Positions 35,204 to 44,235 are shown, counted from the first letter of the stretch. The stretch: DNA of 64,000 bases from Vicinamibacterales bacterium (GCA_964291605.2 OZ219745.1:1250664-1314663); one strand, 5' to 3'. Numbers and translations are program-made. Notes: generated from the sequence alone by a model not told the origin.

Positions 35204-36351
35204 TTTCCGGGCTACCATCGCAGGACGTGCCGCACCGCTCGCCCGGACCCACCGACACCCCTGCCACGCGCCACCTCCGCGGCAAGCCGATTCGCTACTA
35301 CCGCCCGCGGGGCGACGCTGGCGTCCGCACCCTGATCGAAGAGGGGTTCCAGGCGTTCAACGCGGGACGCCTGTCGGAGGCATGCCACGTCTTCACCGAC
35401 CGCATGCTGGATCCGGCGCACGACACGACCATCGGCCTGACCATGGCCGGCGCCCTGACCCCTGCCGGGTTGGGCGGCTGCGTCATCGAGCTGCTGGACC
35501 GCGGTCTCGTCGACTTCGTGATCAGCACCGGTGCGAACCTCTACCACGACCTGCACTACGCGCTGAACTTCACCCTGCACCGGGGGTCGCCCTTTCTCGA
35601 CGACGTCGAGCTGTACGAGGACGGCGTCATCCGCATCTACGACGTGCTGTTCCCCGCCACCGTGCTGCTCGAGACCGACGCCTACGTACGCGACTTCCTG
35701 GTCCGCTCCGATCTCGACGGCCCGACGTCGAGCGCGGAGCTTCACTACCGCCTGGGGCGCGACCTGCTCGATCGGCGGGCGGCGTGCGAGGACTACTCGG
35801 TGGTCGCCAAGGCGGCGGCGGCCGGCGTGCCGATCTACACCTCGTCGCCCGGGGACAGCTCCATCGGCATGAACGTCGCCTACCACCGCCTCATCGAGCG
35901 GAGCGGGCTGGTCCTCGATCCGAGCCGCGACGTCAACGAGGTGTGCGCCATCATCCTGGGCGCCGAGAAGAACGGCTGCGTGATTCTGGGCGGCGGGTCG
36001 CCGAAGAATTTCTATCTGCAGGGGCAGCCGACGTTGTGGGAGGTGTACGGCATCCCGAAGGGCGGCAACGACTACTTCATACAGATCACCACCGACCAGG
36101 TGGTCTGGGGCGGGCTGTCGGGCGCCACCCCGGCCGAGGCGGTGAGCTGGGGCAAGGTCAATCCGGGCGTGCTGCCGGACACTGTCGTGGTCTATGCCGA
36201 CTCGACCATCGCGTTTCCGCTGTTCTGCGAGTACGCGGTCGGCTCCGAGCGGGGCCGCCGCGAGCGCAAGGCGTTGCTGCACCGGCGCGACGCACTGGCC
36301 GAGGCGCTCGAGCGGCAGGCGCGGGAAGCCCGCACGGGCGGCGGGTCCTAG
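35197..36351 (+). CDS. deoxyhypusine synthase-family protein (DHS-like; homospermidine-synthase-like role possible)
   Basis: FQAFNAGRLSEAC, ISTGANLYHDLHYAL, GGGSPKNF, ITTDQVVWGGLSGATPAEAVSWGK. The start is uncertain: ATG at 35197, or TTG at 35176 for the longest ORF. Confidence 0.8.
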   Translation: MAISGLPSQDVPHRSPGPTDTPATRHLRGKPIRYYRPRGDAGVRTLIEEGFQAFNAGRLSEACHVFTDRMLDPAHDTTIGLTMAGALTPAGLGGCVIELLDRGLVDFVISTGANLYHDLHYALNFTLHRGSPFLDDVELYEDGVIRIYDVLFPATVLLETDAYVRDFLVRSDLDGPTSSAELHYRLGRDLLDRRAACEDYSVVAKAAAAGVPIYTSSPGDSSIGMNVAYHRLIERSGLVLDPSRDVNEVCAIILGAEKNGCVILGGGSPKNFYLQGQPTLWEVYGIPKGGNDYFIQITTDQVVWGGLSGATPAEAVSWGKVNPGVLPDTVVVYADSTIAFPLFCEYAVGSERGRRERKALLHRRDALAEALERQAREARTGGGS

Positions 36352-36364
36352 TCAGGGTCCGGTC

Positions 36365-36390
36365 GGGCTGGCACGCGGAGCCGCAGGCGA
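36365..36390 (+). repeat. intergenic repeat copy 3 (partial, box only)
   Basis: GGGCTGGCACGCGGAGCCGCAGGCGA shares the exact 15-mer CGGAGCCGCAGGCGA with copy 1. Confidence 0.6.
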
Positions 36391-36520
36391 ACATTGCCGG
36401 CCCAGCGCCGTCCGCCCGAATCGCGCCGCCCTCGACCGGCGAGGCCTCCTGTCCGCGCGGAACCATCCCGGCGGCTTCCGCGTCTACCTCTCCAGCGAAC
36501 CTCGAACCGGGAGGGAAGAG

Positions 36521-37417
36521 ATGCGGGCCAGGTCATGGACGGTCGCAGCCGGGGTCGCCGCCGGCGCGCTGGCGCTCGGGGGCTGCGTCATCGACGTTGA
36601 GGGCTACGAGGCGGTGGAGGCGGAGGAGTACGTCTTCGCCGTCGACGGCATGCCGGACGTGGACCTGTCCACCTTCGACGGGCGGATAGAGGTCCGGGGC
36701 TGGGACCGCTCCGAGGTGCGCGTCGTCGTCGAGAAGCGGGCCGCGAACCGCGAGCGGCTGGAGGAGATCGAGATCGAGGCCGGGCAGAGCGGCGATCGGG
36801 TGCGCGTCGCGGCGCGGCGGCGCGATGCGGACGGATTGCGCGTCACCCTGTCGCTGGGAAGCAACTGGCGGGGGGCGCGGCTCATCGCCTCGGTGCCGCA
36901 CGAGAGCAACCTCCATGCGCGGACCGACGACGGCCGGATCACGATCACCGACGTGTCCGGGACCATCGAGGTCTCCACGGATGACGGCCGTATTCGGGGG
37001 GCGGGGTTGCACGGCTCCGTGCGGGCGCGAACGGACGACGGGTCGGTGCGGCTCCAGGAGATCGACGGCGACGTTGCGGTGCATACGGACGACGGGTCGA
37101 TCCACGTGTCGGGCGTGCTGGCCGGCCTCGAGGCCTCGACCGACGACGGCCGGATCGTGGTCGGCGCGGCGCGGGGAAGCGCCATGAGCGGCGATTGGGA
37201 ACTGCACGCCGAGGACGGGCGGGTGACCGTCGACCTGCCGGATGACTTCAGCGCCCTGCTCGACCTGGCGACCGGCGACGGCCGCATCCGCGTCGACGAC
37301 CGCTTCGGCGGGGACGCGGATCGTGGCGCCGAGACGCTGCGGCGGGTGGTCGGCGGCGGCGGGTTCGTGCTTCGGGTCCGGACGGGCGACGGATCGATCC
37401 GGGTCGGGACGTCGTGA
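36521..37417 (+). CDS. lipoprotein with DUF4097-like repeated beta-strand units
   Basis: RBS GGGAGGGAAGAG precedes ATG 36521. Lipobox LALGGC. Repeated TDDG(R/S)I(R/T/H)V.. units occur about 8 times. The upstream part of ORF 36194..37417 is non-coding repeat/leader. Confidence 0.75.
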   Translation: MRARSWTVAAGVAAGALALGGCVIDVEGYEAVEAEEYVFAVDGMPDVDLSTFDGRIEVRGWDRSEVRVVVEKRAANRERLEEIEIEAGQSGDRVRVAARRRDADGLRVTLSLGSNWRGARLIASVPHESNLHARTDDGRITITDVSGTIEVSTDDGRIRGAGLHGSVRARTDDGSVRLQEIDGDVAVHTDDGSIHVSGVLAGLEASTDDGRIVVGAARGSAMSGDWELHAEDGRVTVDLPDDFSALLDLATGDGRIRVDDRFGGDADRGAETLRRVVGGGGFVLRVRTGDGSIRVGTS

Positions 37418-37568
37418 GCTGCGGGCTCGACGCTCTTCGGGTACTTCCTGGAGAAGGCGCGCGCGACGCTTCGACGTCGACATCCGCAGGGCGCCGCGCC
37501 ATGTCGAGACGGCGGGCGCGCCGGGCGACGTCGAGGCCGCGCGGCCGCGCGAGATCGCGACGCGGCGT

Positions 37569-38366
37569 TCAGACGCCGGTCGCCACGTCGGCCGGCCTGA
37601 ACGCGTAGGACGCCGGGTCCTCGGCGCCCGCCGCCTCGAACGCTTCCAGCCGTTCGCGGCACTTGCTGCAGCGTCCGCAGTGGCGGCCGTCCACCGGGTT
37701 CATGCACGAGAGCGTCAACTCGAACGGCACCCCCAGTGTGCGCCCGCGGGCGATCACTGCGGCCTTTGAGAGGTTCCGGAACGGTGTGACGATCTCCAGA
37801 TCGTGATCCAGGCCCTGCGACAGCGCCTGCCGCATCGCCGCGAAGAACGCGGGCGTCGCGTCGGGGAACGGGTTGCCGGCGAGCGGGCCGAGGGCGATGC
37901 GGCCGATGCGGTTGACGGCGCACCAGGTGGCGACCTTGGCCAGCAGCAGCACGTTGCGGCCGACCAGATAGACCTCTTCGTCCGCCGTGGCGTAGCCCGG
38001 CGGCGTGCCGGCCACGGCCCAATGGCTCGGCCGGTAGGTGTCCGTCACGGGACAATCCAGGGTCGCGAGCGGGGCGACGCGCCCGGCGAACGGCGGCGCC
38101 GCGATCAGGCGTTCCGCAAGCTGGCATTCTTCCGTTTCCCACGCGAGGCCGCTCCGCACGTAGACCGGCCGCACGTGCGCCTCGTCCCCCGCCGCCGCGA
38201 TGGCGGTCTGCAGTTCGCTCGCCAGCAGCACCGCGCTGTCGAGCCCGGCGGAGAAGAGCACCGCGGTGCGGGAGATCGCCGCGCCCGCGGGCGCCGCCCC
38301 CGGAGAGCCCGCGCCCGTCGACGCCGCGCTGCCGTGTTCCCCCGCCTTCCGAAGGTCGTCCGCCAC
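37569..38366 (-). CDS. queC: 7-cyano-7-deazaguanine synthase
   Basis: AVLFSAGLDSAV (PP-loop SGGxDS type) and the Zn motif CGRCSKCRER. GTG at 38366 is the proposed start. The upstream part of ORF 37569..38690 has no homology. Confidence 0.8.
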   Translation of the reverse strand: MADDLRKAGEHGSAASTGAGSPGAAPAGAAISRTAVLFSAGLDSAVLLASELQTAIAAAGDEAHVRPVYVRSGLAWETEECQLAERLIAAPPFAGRVAPLATLDCPVTDTYRPSHWAVAGTPPGYATADEEVYLVGRNVLLLAKVATWCAVNRIGRIALGPLAGNPFPDATPAFFAAMRQALSQGLDHDLEIVTPFRNLSKAAVIARGRTLGVPFELTLSCMNPVDGRHCGRCSKCRERLEAFEAAGAEDPASYAFRPADVATGV

Positions 38367-38448
38367 GGCTGGAATCCTACCAGTCCGCTCCAGTCCGGTA
38401 CCCACCGGTGCCCTCAAGCACCCCGGCCGCTGGTGATATCCTGAATGG

Positions 38449-38652
38449 ATGACGTTGGAGCACTGGCTTGCGGTTGCCGCGATCTGCGTCAGCATCATCG
38501 TGGCCGCGGTCGGTGGACTCGGCTTCGTGTCCGTCCAACTCGGGGCGCGGATCTCCGAGTTGTCCAGGCATCTGGGGGCGCGGCTCGACACGCTCGAACG
38601 CGACGTGCGGGAGCTTCGCGCCGCCATCCTCAACCAGCCGCCCCGCGTCTGA
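38449..38652 (+). CDS. possible small membrane-anchored coiled-coil protein
   Basis: 67-aa ORF with one TM helix (WLAVAAICVSIIVAAVGGLGFV) followed by heptad-like LGARLDTLERDVRELRAAIL. Confidence 0.45.
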   Translation: MTLEHWLAVAAICVSIIVAAVGGLGFVSVQLGARISELSRHLGARLDTLERDVRELRAAILNQPPRV

Positions 38653-38676
38653 CGATCCGACTTGCGGTGAACCCCC

Positions 38677-39234
38677 GTGCCCGATTCCACGGCCCAGACC
38701 TATCGCTGGAACCGCGACGTCTACGACCGCGCGGTCGTAGCGGGCGTGTTCGGCCCGGAAGACCGGATCGAGCTGATCGAGGGGGAGCTGGTCATGATGA
38801 CGCCGCACGGCAGCCGGCACGCCACCGCCATCCGACTGGTCAACCGCGCGCTGACGCGTGTGTTCGGCGAGGACTGCATCGTGCAGTGCCAGTTGCCGCT
38901 CGCTATCGCCGACGACTCGGAACCGGAACCCGACGTGGCGGTGGTGGAAGGGCAGATTGCGGACTACCGCGACGCGCATCCGTCGGCGGCGCTCCTCGTG
39001 GTCGAGGTGGCGGACGACTCGCTGCGCCGTGACGGGACCGTCAAGCGGCGCATCTACGCGCGTTGCGGCATCCCGGAGTACTGGATCGTCGCGCTTCCCG
39101 ACGCCGCCCTCGAGGTCTACCGCCATCCGGCCGGCGAAGACTACCGCGACGTCACGGTCCTCCGGTCCGAGGAAACCGTGGCGCCGCTCGCCCGTCCTGC
39201 TGCAGCTATCGCCGTGAGCGACCTGCTTCCCTGA
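38677..39234 (+). CDS. Uma2-family (DUF820) restriction-endonuclease-fold protein
   Basis: IELIEGELVMMTPHGSRHA, PDVAVV, LVVEVADDSLRRDGTVKRRIYARCGIPEYWIV, the classic Uma2 layout. Confidence 0.8.
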   Translation: MPDSTAQTYRWNRDVYDRAVVAGVFGPEDRIELIEGELVMMTPHGSRHATAIRLVNRALTRVFGEDCIVQCQLPLAIADDSEPEPDVAVVEGQIADYRDAHPSAALLVVEVADDSLRRDGTVKRRIYARCGIPEYWIVALPDAALEVYRHPAGEDYRDVTVLRSEETVAPLARPAAAIAVSDLLP

Positions 39235-39256
39235 ACGTCATCCTGAAGACGCTGGA

Positions 39257-39673
39257 ATGTACTCCGTCACCAAGCGCATCGACTTCTGCTACGGCCACCG
39301 CCTGCTGAACTACGACGGGGTCTGCAAGCATCCCCACGGGCACAACGCGGTGGCCGAGGTGGAGGTGCGGACCGAGTCGCTCGACGACCGCCACATGGTC
39401 TGCGACTTCAGCGACATCAAGCGCAGCATCAAGGGCTGGATCGACCGCGAGCTCGACCACAAGATGATCCTCCACCGCGACGATCCGCTGATCGCGCCGC
39501 TGCGCGAGCTCGGCGAGCCGGTCTTCGTCAGCGACGAGAACCCCACCGTCGAGCACATCGCGCGCCTCATATTCGACAAGACCCGCGAGCAGGGGTTTCC
39601 CGTGGTGCGCGTCACGGTCTGGGAGACCCCGACGTCGTTCGCGACCTATCAGGCGGGCGGCGGCGAGGGGTGA
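39257..39673 (+). CDS. queD: 6-carboxy-5,6,7,8-tetrahydropterin synthase
   Basis: FCYGHRL..CKHPHGHN..EVEV..MVCDFSDIK..LDHK, the PTPS/QueD signature. Confidence 0.88.
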   Translation: MYSVTKRIDFCYGHRLLNYDGVCKHPHGHNAVAEVEVRTESLDDRHMVCDFSDIKRSIKGWIDRELDHKMILHRDDPLIAPLRELGEPVFVSDENPTVEHIARLIFDKTREQGFPVVRVTVWETPTSFATYQAGGGEG

Positions 39674-39703
39674 CGTCCTGAAGCGGCGATGGACGCGTGA
39701 TCG

Positions 39704-39819
39704 GGTCACTGATCACGTCGGGGTTCCCTGAGGGGGGGAACATGGTCAGTAGACGAGACTTGGTCACTGATCATGTCGGTGGTTGGCCTGGACGGAACAT
39801 GGTCACTGACCATGTCTTT
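39704..39819 (+). repeat. 58-bp tandem duplication carrying four GGTCACTGAYCAYGTC-like half-sites upstream of vapB
   Basis: GGTCACTGATCACGTCGG at 39704, GGTCAGTAGACGAGAC at 39744, GGTCACTGATCATGTCGG at 39762, GGTCACTGACCATGTC at 39801. GAACAT precedes the 2nd and 4th sites. Confidence 0.8.
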
Positions 39820-39913
39820 CGCGAGCTCACCGAGCAGCAGCAACCTGACAGGAGTGGGTGTTCGATGCTGACGCGAAGGACGGCGGGGTAGGATCCACGT
39901 TGATCCATCTACC

Positions 39914-40180
39914 GTGGACGAAACAGTGAGTCTCAACATCAAGAACGAGGAGACCTGCCGGCTGGCCCGCGATCTCGCCCGGCTGACCGGCGAGACGATG
40001 ACCGGCGCGGTCACCGTCGCGCTGCGCGACCGCCTGGAGCGGGAGAAGCGCCTGCGCAATGCGGAGGAACTGGCCCGGGAGCTTCACGCAATCGGACAAC
40101 GCTGCGCCGCCCGAATGAGGCCGGGAACTTCGGTCGACCATGGCGAGTTGCTCTATGACGAACGGGGACTACCGAAGTGA
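39914..40180 (+). CDS. vapB: VapB-type antitoxin (Rv0623/PSK-like)
   Basis: VSLNIKNEETCRLARDLARLTGETMTGAVTVALRDRLERE. The stop overlaps the vapC GTG as GTGA. An alternative start is GTG at 39926. Confidence 0.75.
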   Translation: MDETVSLNIKNEETCRLARDLARLTGETMTGAVTVALRDRLEREKRLRNAEELARELHAIGQRCAARMRPGTSVDHGELLYDERGLPK

Positions 40181-40527
40181 TCATCGACACGTCGGCGATC
40201 ATGGCCATCCTGTTCGGTGAATCGGACGCGGCGCACTACGCGCAGGCAATCTCGGCGACGTGGCCCAGGCACATGTCGGCAGTCGCGCTGCTCGAAGCAA
40301 CCATGGTCGAAGGCATGTTTCTGTACAAGGCGGAGATCGAGTTGGCACCGGTCACGCCGGGACACGTCGCGGCCGCCCGCCGCGCCTGGTGGCGGTTCGG
40401 CAAGGGCAATCATCGGGCGGCTTTGAACTTCGGCGACTGTTTCGCCTACGCGCTGACGAAGGCCACCGGCGAGCCGCTGCTGCTCAAGGGCGACGATTTC
40501 GCTCACGCCGACGTCGAGGCGGCGTGA
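40177..40527 (+). CDS. vapC: PIN-domain toxin VapC
   Basis: (M)IIDTSAIMAILFGE.., ..LNFGDCFAYALTKATGEPLLLKGDDF. PIN acidic residues D4, E and D are in the expected places. Confidence 0.85.
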   Translation: MIIDTSAIMAILFGESDAAHYAQAISATWPRHMSAVALLEATMVEGMFLYKAEIELAPVTPGHVAAARRAWWRFGKGNHRAALNFGDCFAYALTKATGEPLLLKGDDFAHADVEAA

Positions 40528-40561
40528 TCCGGCAGAATGCGAACCGTCTCGGAGTGACGCG

Positions 40562-41206
40562 ATGACGCAGGACGAGCCGAGCGAAGTGCGTCGTTCGCAG
40601 AAGCCTGTTGTCCTCAAGGGCGACATTCGCCGCGCCTTCGTGCGCAGCACCGTCAGCGGCGTACGCTGCTCGGACCACGAGCGTAACGGGTTCCTGATCG
40701 ACGCGGCGGCCGAGCGTCCCGACGGTCGGGCCGTCGACCTGAATCCGGCCATGGCGTTCGACCCGGATGCCATCCGCTGGTACCGGGCTCTGTACGAGGC
40801 AAGGCCGGGGAACCGTTCGTGCGCCGCGATGTCCGACGTGGACTCCCTGGCCGAGATGGGTCTGCTGGTCGAGCAGGGAGGCCGGCGGCTGCCGACGCGC
40901 GCGGCCATTCTGATCTTCGGGACGAATCCGGCCTTTCGGCAACTGCTGCCGCGTCCCGTGGTGGACTGCCAGCGGTTCACCGCGATTCGGGGTGGCGCGG
41001 ACACCGACGACCGCTGGTTCGACCGTCTTGTTCTCGACGAAAACCTCATCCGTACGTGGCGCTCCCTCATCGACTGGTACGAGAAACTGGCGGAGCATCC
41101 GTGCCGGTTGGACCCTGCGACCCGGACCGTCGCGTTCGCGTGCCGTCAACAGCTCAAGGCCGCCCGGCTCGGCAGACCGGAAAACGAACGAGGTGGCCAG
41201 CCGTAA
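40562..41206 (+). pseudogene. truncated AlbA_2/Schlafen-type putative DNA-binding protein (central segment only)
   Basis: LPTRAAILIFGTNPAFRQLLPRPVVDCQRF matches the linker region of AlbA_2 + HATPase_c_4 regulators. The N-terminal AlbA_2 core and the C-terminal ATPase-like domain are absent. Confidence 0.45.
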
Positions 41207-41273
41207 TCCAACGCCCGATCTCCTCTCGGAGTCCGCCGCGACGGGCGAAGCGGCACGCGTGGAGTGCCTCAGG

Positions 41274-41507
41274 ATGACCTTCGAGTCGGACGAGGCGCGC
41301 CGGCAGTACTTCCTGGTGCAACTGTGGGAGAAGCTGCCGGAGTTCCGCAACCTGCCGAAGGACGCTTTGTCCTGCGCGCCAAGGCGAAGGACCGCTGGTT
41401 ACGTCCCGGACCCGCGCAAGGCCGCCGATCTCGACGAGTGGCGAATTGTGCTCCAGGAGGATCCGAAACTGTTGATGTGGTACGATCAAGCGCAGATTCG
41501 AGAATGA
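41274..41507 (+). pseudogene. N-terminal stub of a site-specific DNA methyltransferase
   Basis: (VECLR)MTFESDEARRQYFLVQLWEKLPEFRNL resembles the conserved N-terminus of large N6/N4 methylases. No catalytic motifs follow. Call rests on recollection only. Confidence 0.3.
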
Positions 41508-41522
41508 GGTTAGCCAAAGGAA

Positions 41523-42419
41523 GTGTACTGGTTGCAGTCTCACTACAATCTGATTTGCTACGGTCATTCGGATAACGATGTCTTTCGGAGCAAGTCCGGG
41601 ACCAGTTGGTTTCCCAAGAGCAGGGTATTCGAGGCCACGGATGCTCATCTGTCTGAACACTACGAGAGCGACTTGTCAAGATTAGCTGAACTCCCGACTC
41701 TGGTAGTGGCGGAGGCAATGCCAAACGGGAGCACTCGAACCCCGGCGTTCTTGAGTCGAATCGACAGAGTGCATCAGTCGGGTAGCCGGATTACATTCCA
41801 GTTCCATCACCTGTATGGCGGCATGAGCTCCGAGGACATTTTCGGCCTGAAGGAGCTCCATTTGGGCCAGTGGGAGCATTCGCGTACACATTGGGCCGTT
41901 AAGGAAGGTGCTCTGTTGGACGAGCTCTTTCGTCACATCGAAGATGGATCGAAGAAGTCCGGTCCGAGACTCTTTACCACTCCCGAATGGCCTCTTCCAC
42001 CGTTGGGACATGTGGCCGTGATGATGCCCTTCAGTCGGGATTTCGATCCGGTGCACGAGACGATCAGGGTCGCTTGTAGTGATTTGGGCCTCGCAACCCG
42101 TCGGGTCGACGAGATCTATGGACCGCAAAAGATCATGGATGACATATTTTCGACCATAGTACAAAGTCAAGTGGTTGTGGGCGATCTCACGGGACGGAAT
42201 CCCAATGTATTGTACGAAATCGGTCTCGCACATGCGCTCGACCGGGAGGTAGTGATCATGGTGCAGAACGATCAGGACGTGCCCTTCGACTTGAGGCACA
42301 TACGTTTCATAAAGTACCTTCAGAACACTGAAGGTCTGGTAAGGCTGAGGGTCGAGTTGCAAGAATCGCTGCGGGAGGTGTTGCGTCCGCGGCGTGAAGT
42401 CACCACTACCGCTCCGTGA
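41523..42419 (+). CDS. low-GC orphan protein: unknown N-terminal domain plus a C-terminal TIR-like/nucleoside-2-deoxyribosyltransferase-like (SLOG-type) domain
   Basis: 298-aa ORF. Two 60-nt lines inside it, counted by hand, are 42-43% G+C. C-terminus: HVAVMMPFSRDF..IFSTIVQSQVVVGDLTGRNPNVLYEIGLAHALDREVVIMVQ. The start codon is uncertain (GTG at 41523). Confidence 0.6.
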   Translation: MYWLQSHYNLICYGHSDNDVFRSKSGTSWFPKSRVFEATDAHLSEHYESDLSRLAELPTLVVAEAMPNGSTRTPAFLSRIDRVHQSGSRITFQFHHLYGGMSSEDIFGLKELHLGQWEHSRTHWAVKEGALLDELFRHIEDGSKKSGPRLFTTPEWPLPPLGHVAVMMPFSRDFDPVHETIRVACSDLGLATRRVDEIYGPQKIMDDIFSTIVQSQVVVGDLTGRNPNVLYEIGLAHALDREVVIMVQNDQDVPFDLRHIRFIKYLQNTEGLVRLRVELQESLREVLRPRREVTTTAP

Positions 42420-42476
42420 AGACACCCGGAATCCCGTGGCCCTTCAACAGCAAGCGGAGACCTTCTGAGTTGACGG

Positions 42477-44235
42477 GTGGCTATGCCAATCGACGTGTCA
42501 CGCCTGTGGAGACAGGTCGCGCTCGGTGAGGACACGGATCTCGAGCTGAAGGAAGCTCGGTTCCGCGGCAGCCGAGCTATCGGCCCCCGCCGCGACGACC
42601 TCGCAGACGAGCTTGCGGCATTCGCCAATGCACGCGGCGGCCGTCTCGTCCTGGGCGTATCGGACGACAGGCAGCCGCAGTCACTCGATCCCGCGCAACT
42701 GGATGCGCTGGCGAACTTGGTGACCGAGATCTGTTCAGACAGCATCAAGCCGCCGCTGGACTTCAGCATTTTCAGAGTGCGCGGCCCCGGAACCGGCGGA
42801 AGGCGGCGCGCTGGTCGTCGAGATTCCGGAGAGCGCGACGGTGCACCGGTCTCCCGGCGGACACTTTCGCCGGCGGGGAGACACGAAGCGGCAGATGGAT
42901 TCCGCGGAGATCCGCCGGCTGTCGCAGGCGCGGGGGCAGTCCGACGCGGCGGCGACGGACACCCAGGTCGTGCGGAACACCGGGATCGGCAGCTTGCGCC
43001 CGGCGCTGTGGCGCCAGTACGTGAGCTCGCGCACGGACGAACCGGCCGAGATCGCTCTGTCGAAGTTGAAGTTCCTGAAGGACGACCGGCACGGCGCGCT
43101 GCGGGCGACGGTCGGCGGCGTGCTGCTGGCGGCGGACGACGCGCGGGAGTGGTTGCCGAACGCGTGGATCCAGGCGGTGTGCTATGGCGGCGACCGCATG
43201 GACGCGGGCCGGCAGCTCGACGCGCGGGACGTTGCCGGCCCGCTCGACGAGCAGATTCGCGAGGCGGTGCGCTTCGTGGTCCGCAATCGGCGGGTTGCGG
43301 CGTACAAGGATCCGGCGCGTATCGACGTGCCGCAGTTCAGCGAACGCGCCGTCTTCGAGGCGGTGGTCAACGCGGTCGTGCATCGCGACTACGCGGTGTC
43401 GGGGTCGCGGATACGCCTGTTCATGTTCGACGATCGACTGGAGCTGTACTCGCCCGGCGGGCTGTGCAATTCGATGACCACCGACGACCTGCGCACCAGC
43501 CAATTCACGCGCAACGAGCTGCTGGCGTCCCGGTTGGGTCAGTGCCCGGTGGGCGACGTGCCGGGCGCGGGCGGGCGGCAGTACTTCATCGAACGGCGCG
43601 GCGAAGGCATCGGCGTCATTCAGGACGAAACGTTCGCCCTTGCCGGCGAACGGCCGGTCTTCGAGTTGATCGGCGAGCGGGAGCTGAAGGTCGTGCTGCC
43701 CGCGGCGCGGCCGCCGGTGTCCGACGGCGTCGCGGTTCGCGTCGTGGTCAGGCACGGCGACACGGGTCAGCCGCTGCCGGGTGTCGACGTGCTGATGCTC
43801 TATCCCAACAGGACGTATCGCGAGGCGCGGACGGACGCCTTCGGGCGCGCCGAGTTCGTGCTCTACGCGAAGCTGCCGATGAGCGTGTTCTGCGCCGCGG
43901 CGGGATTCATGGCGCACGTGGCGCGCGACTATCAGCCCGGCGAGCCCCTGGAGGTTCGCCTGCAGCCGGCCCCGAACGGGGGATCGCTCGTCATCGCCGA
44001 CCGGACGGGGCATCTGCCGGGCATTCAGGGGCGGCTGAATCCGCAGCTCGATGCGCTGGATCGTACGTACCTCTACGCGAACAACGTGGCCATCAACGAC
44101 GGCCGGACCCAGCCGGTGCGTTTCGTTCTGAACGAGCCGGTGCACCTGACGGACTCGCAGGGCGCCCGCGCCACGTTGTGGTTTCGCGAGATGATCGGCG
44201 CGTCGTGCGTGTTCGACTACGAGTACACGGGCTGA
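42477..44235 (+). pseudogene. AlbA_2 (Schlafen) + HATPase_c_4-like putative regulator with a C-terminal beta-sandwich extension, interrupted by a +1 frameshift near 42783-42790
   Basis: Frame 0: EDTDLELKEA..LADELAAFANARGGRLVLGVSDD..PPLDFSIFRV. Frame +1 continues GALVVEIPESATVHRSPGGHFRRRGDTKRQMD..AVFEAVVNAVVHRDY..IERRGEGIG. Removing one C from gcggccccgg restores a single ORF. Confidence 0.7.

Noticed and set aside
39697-39891. A 64-aa ORF with internally repeated peptide MV..LVTDHVGG.
   Set aside because: The peptide repeat is simply the 58-bp DNA tandem duplication read in one frame. There is no ribosome-binding site, and codon usage is atypical.
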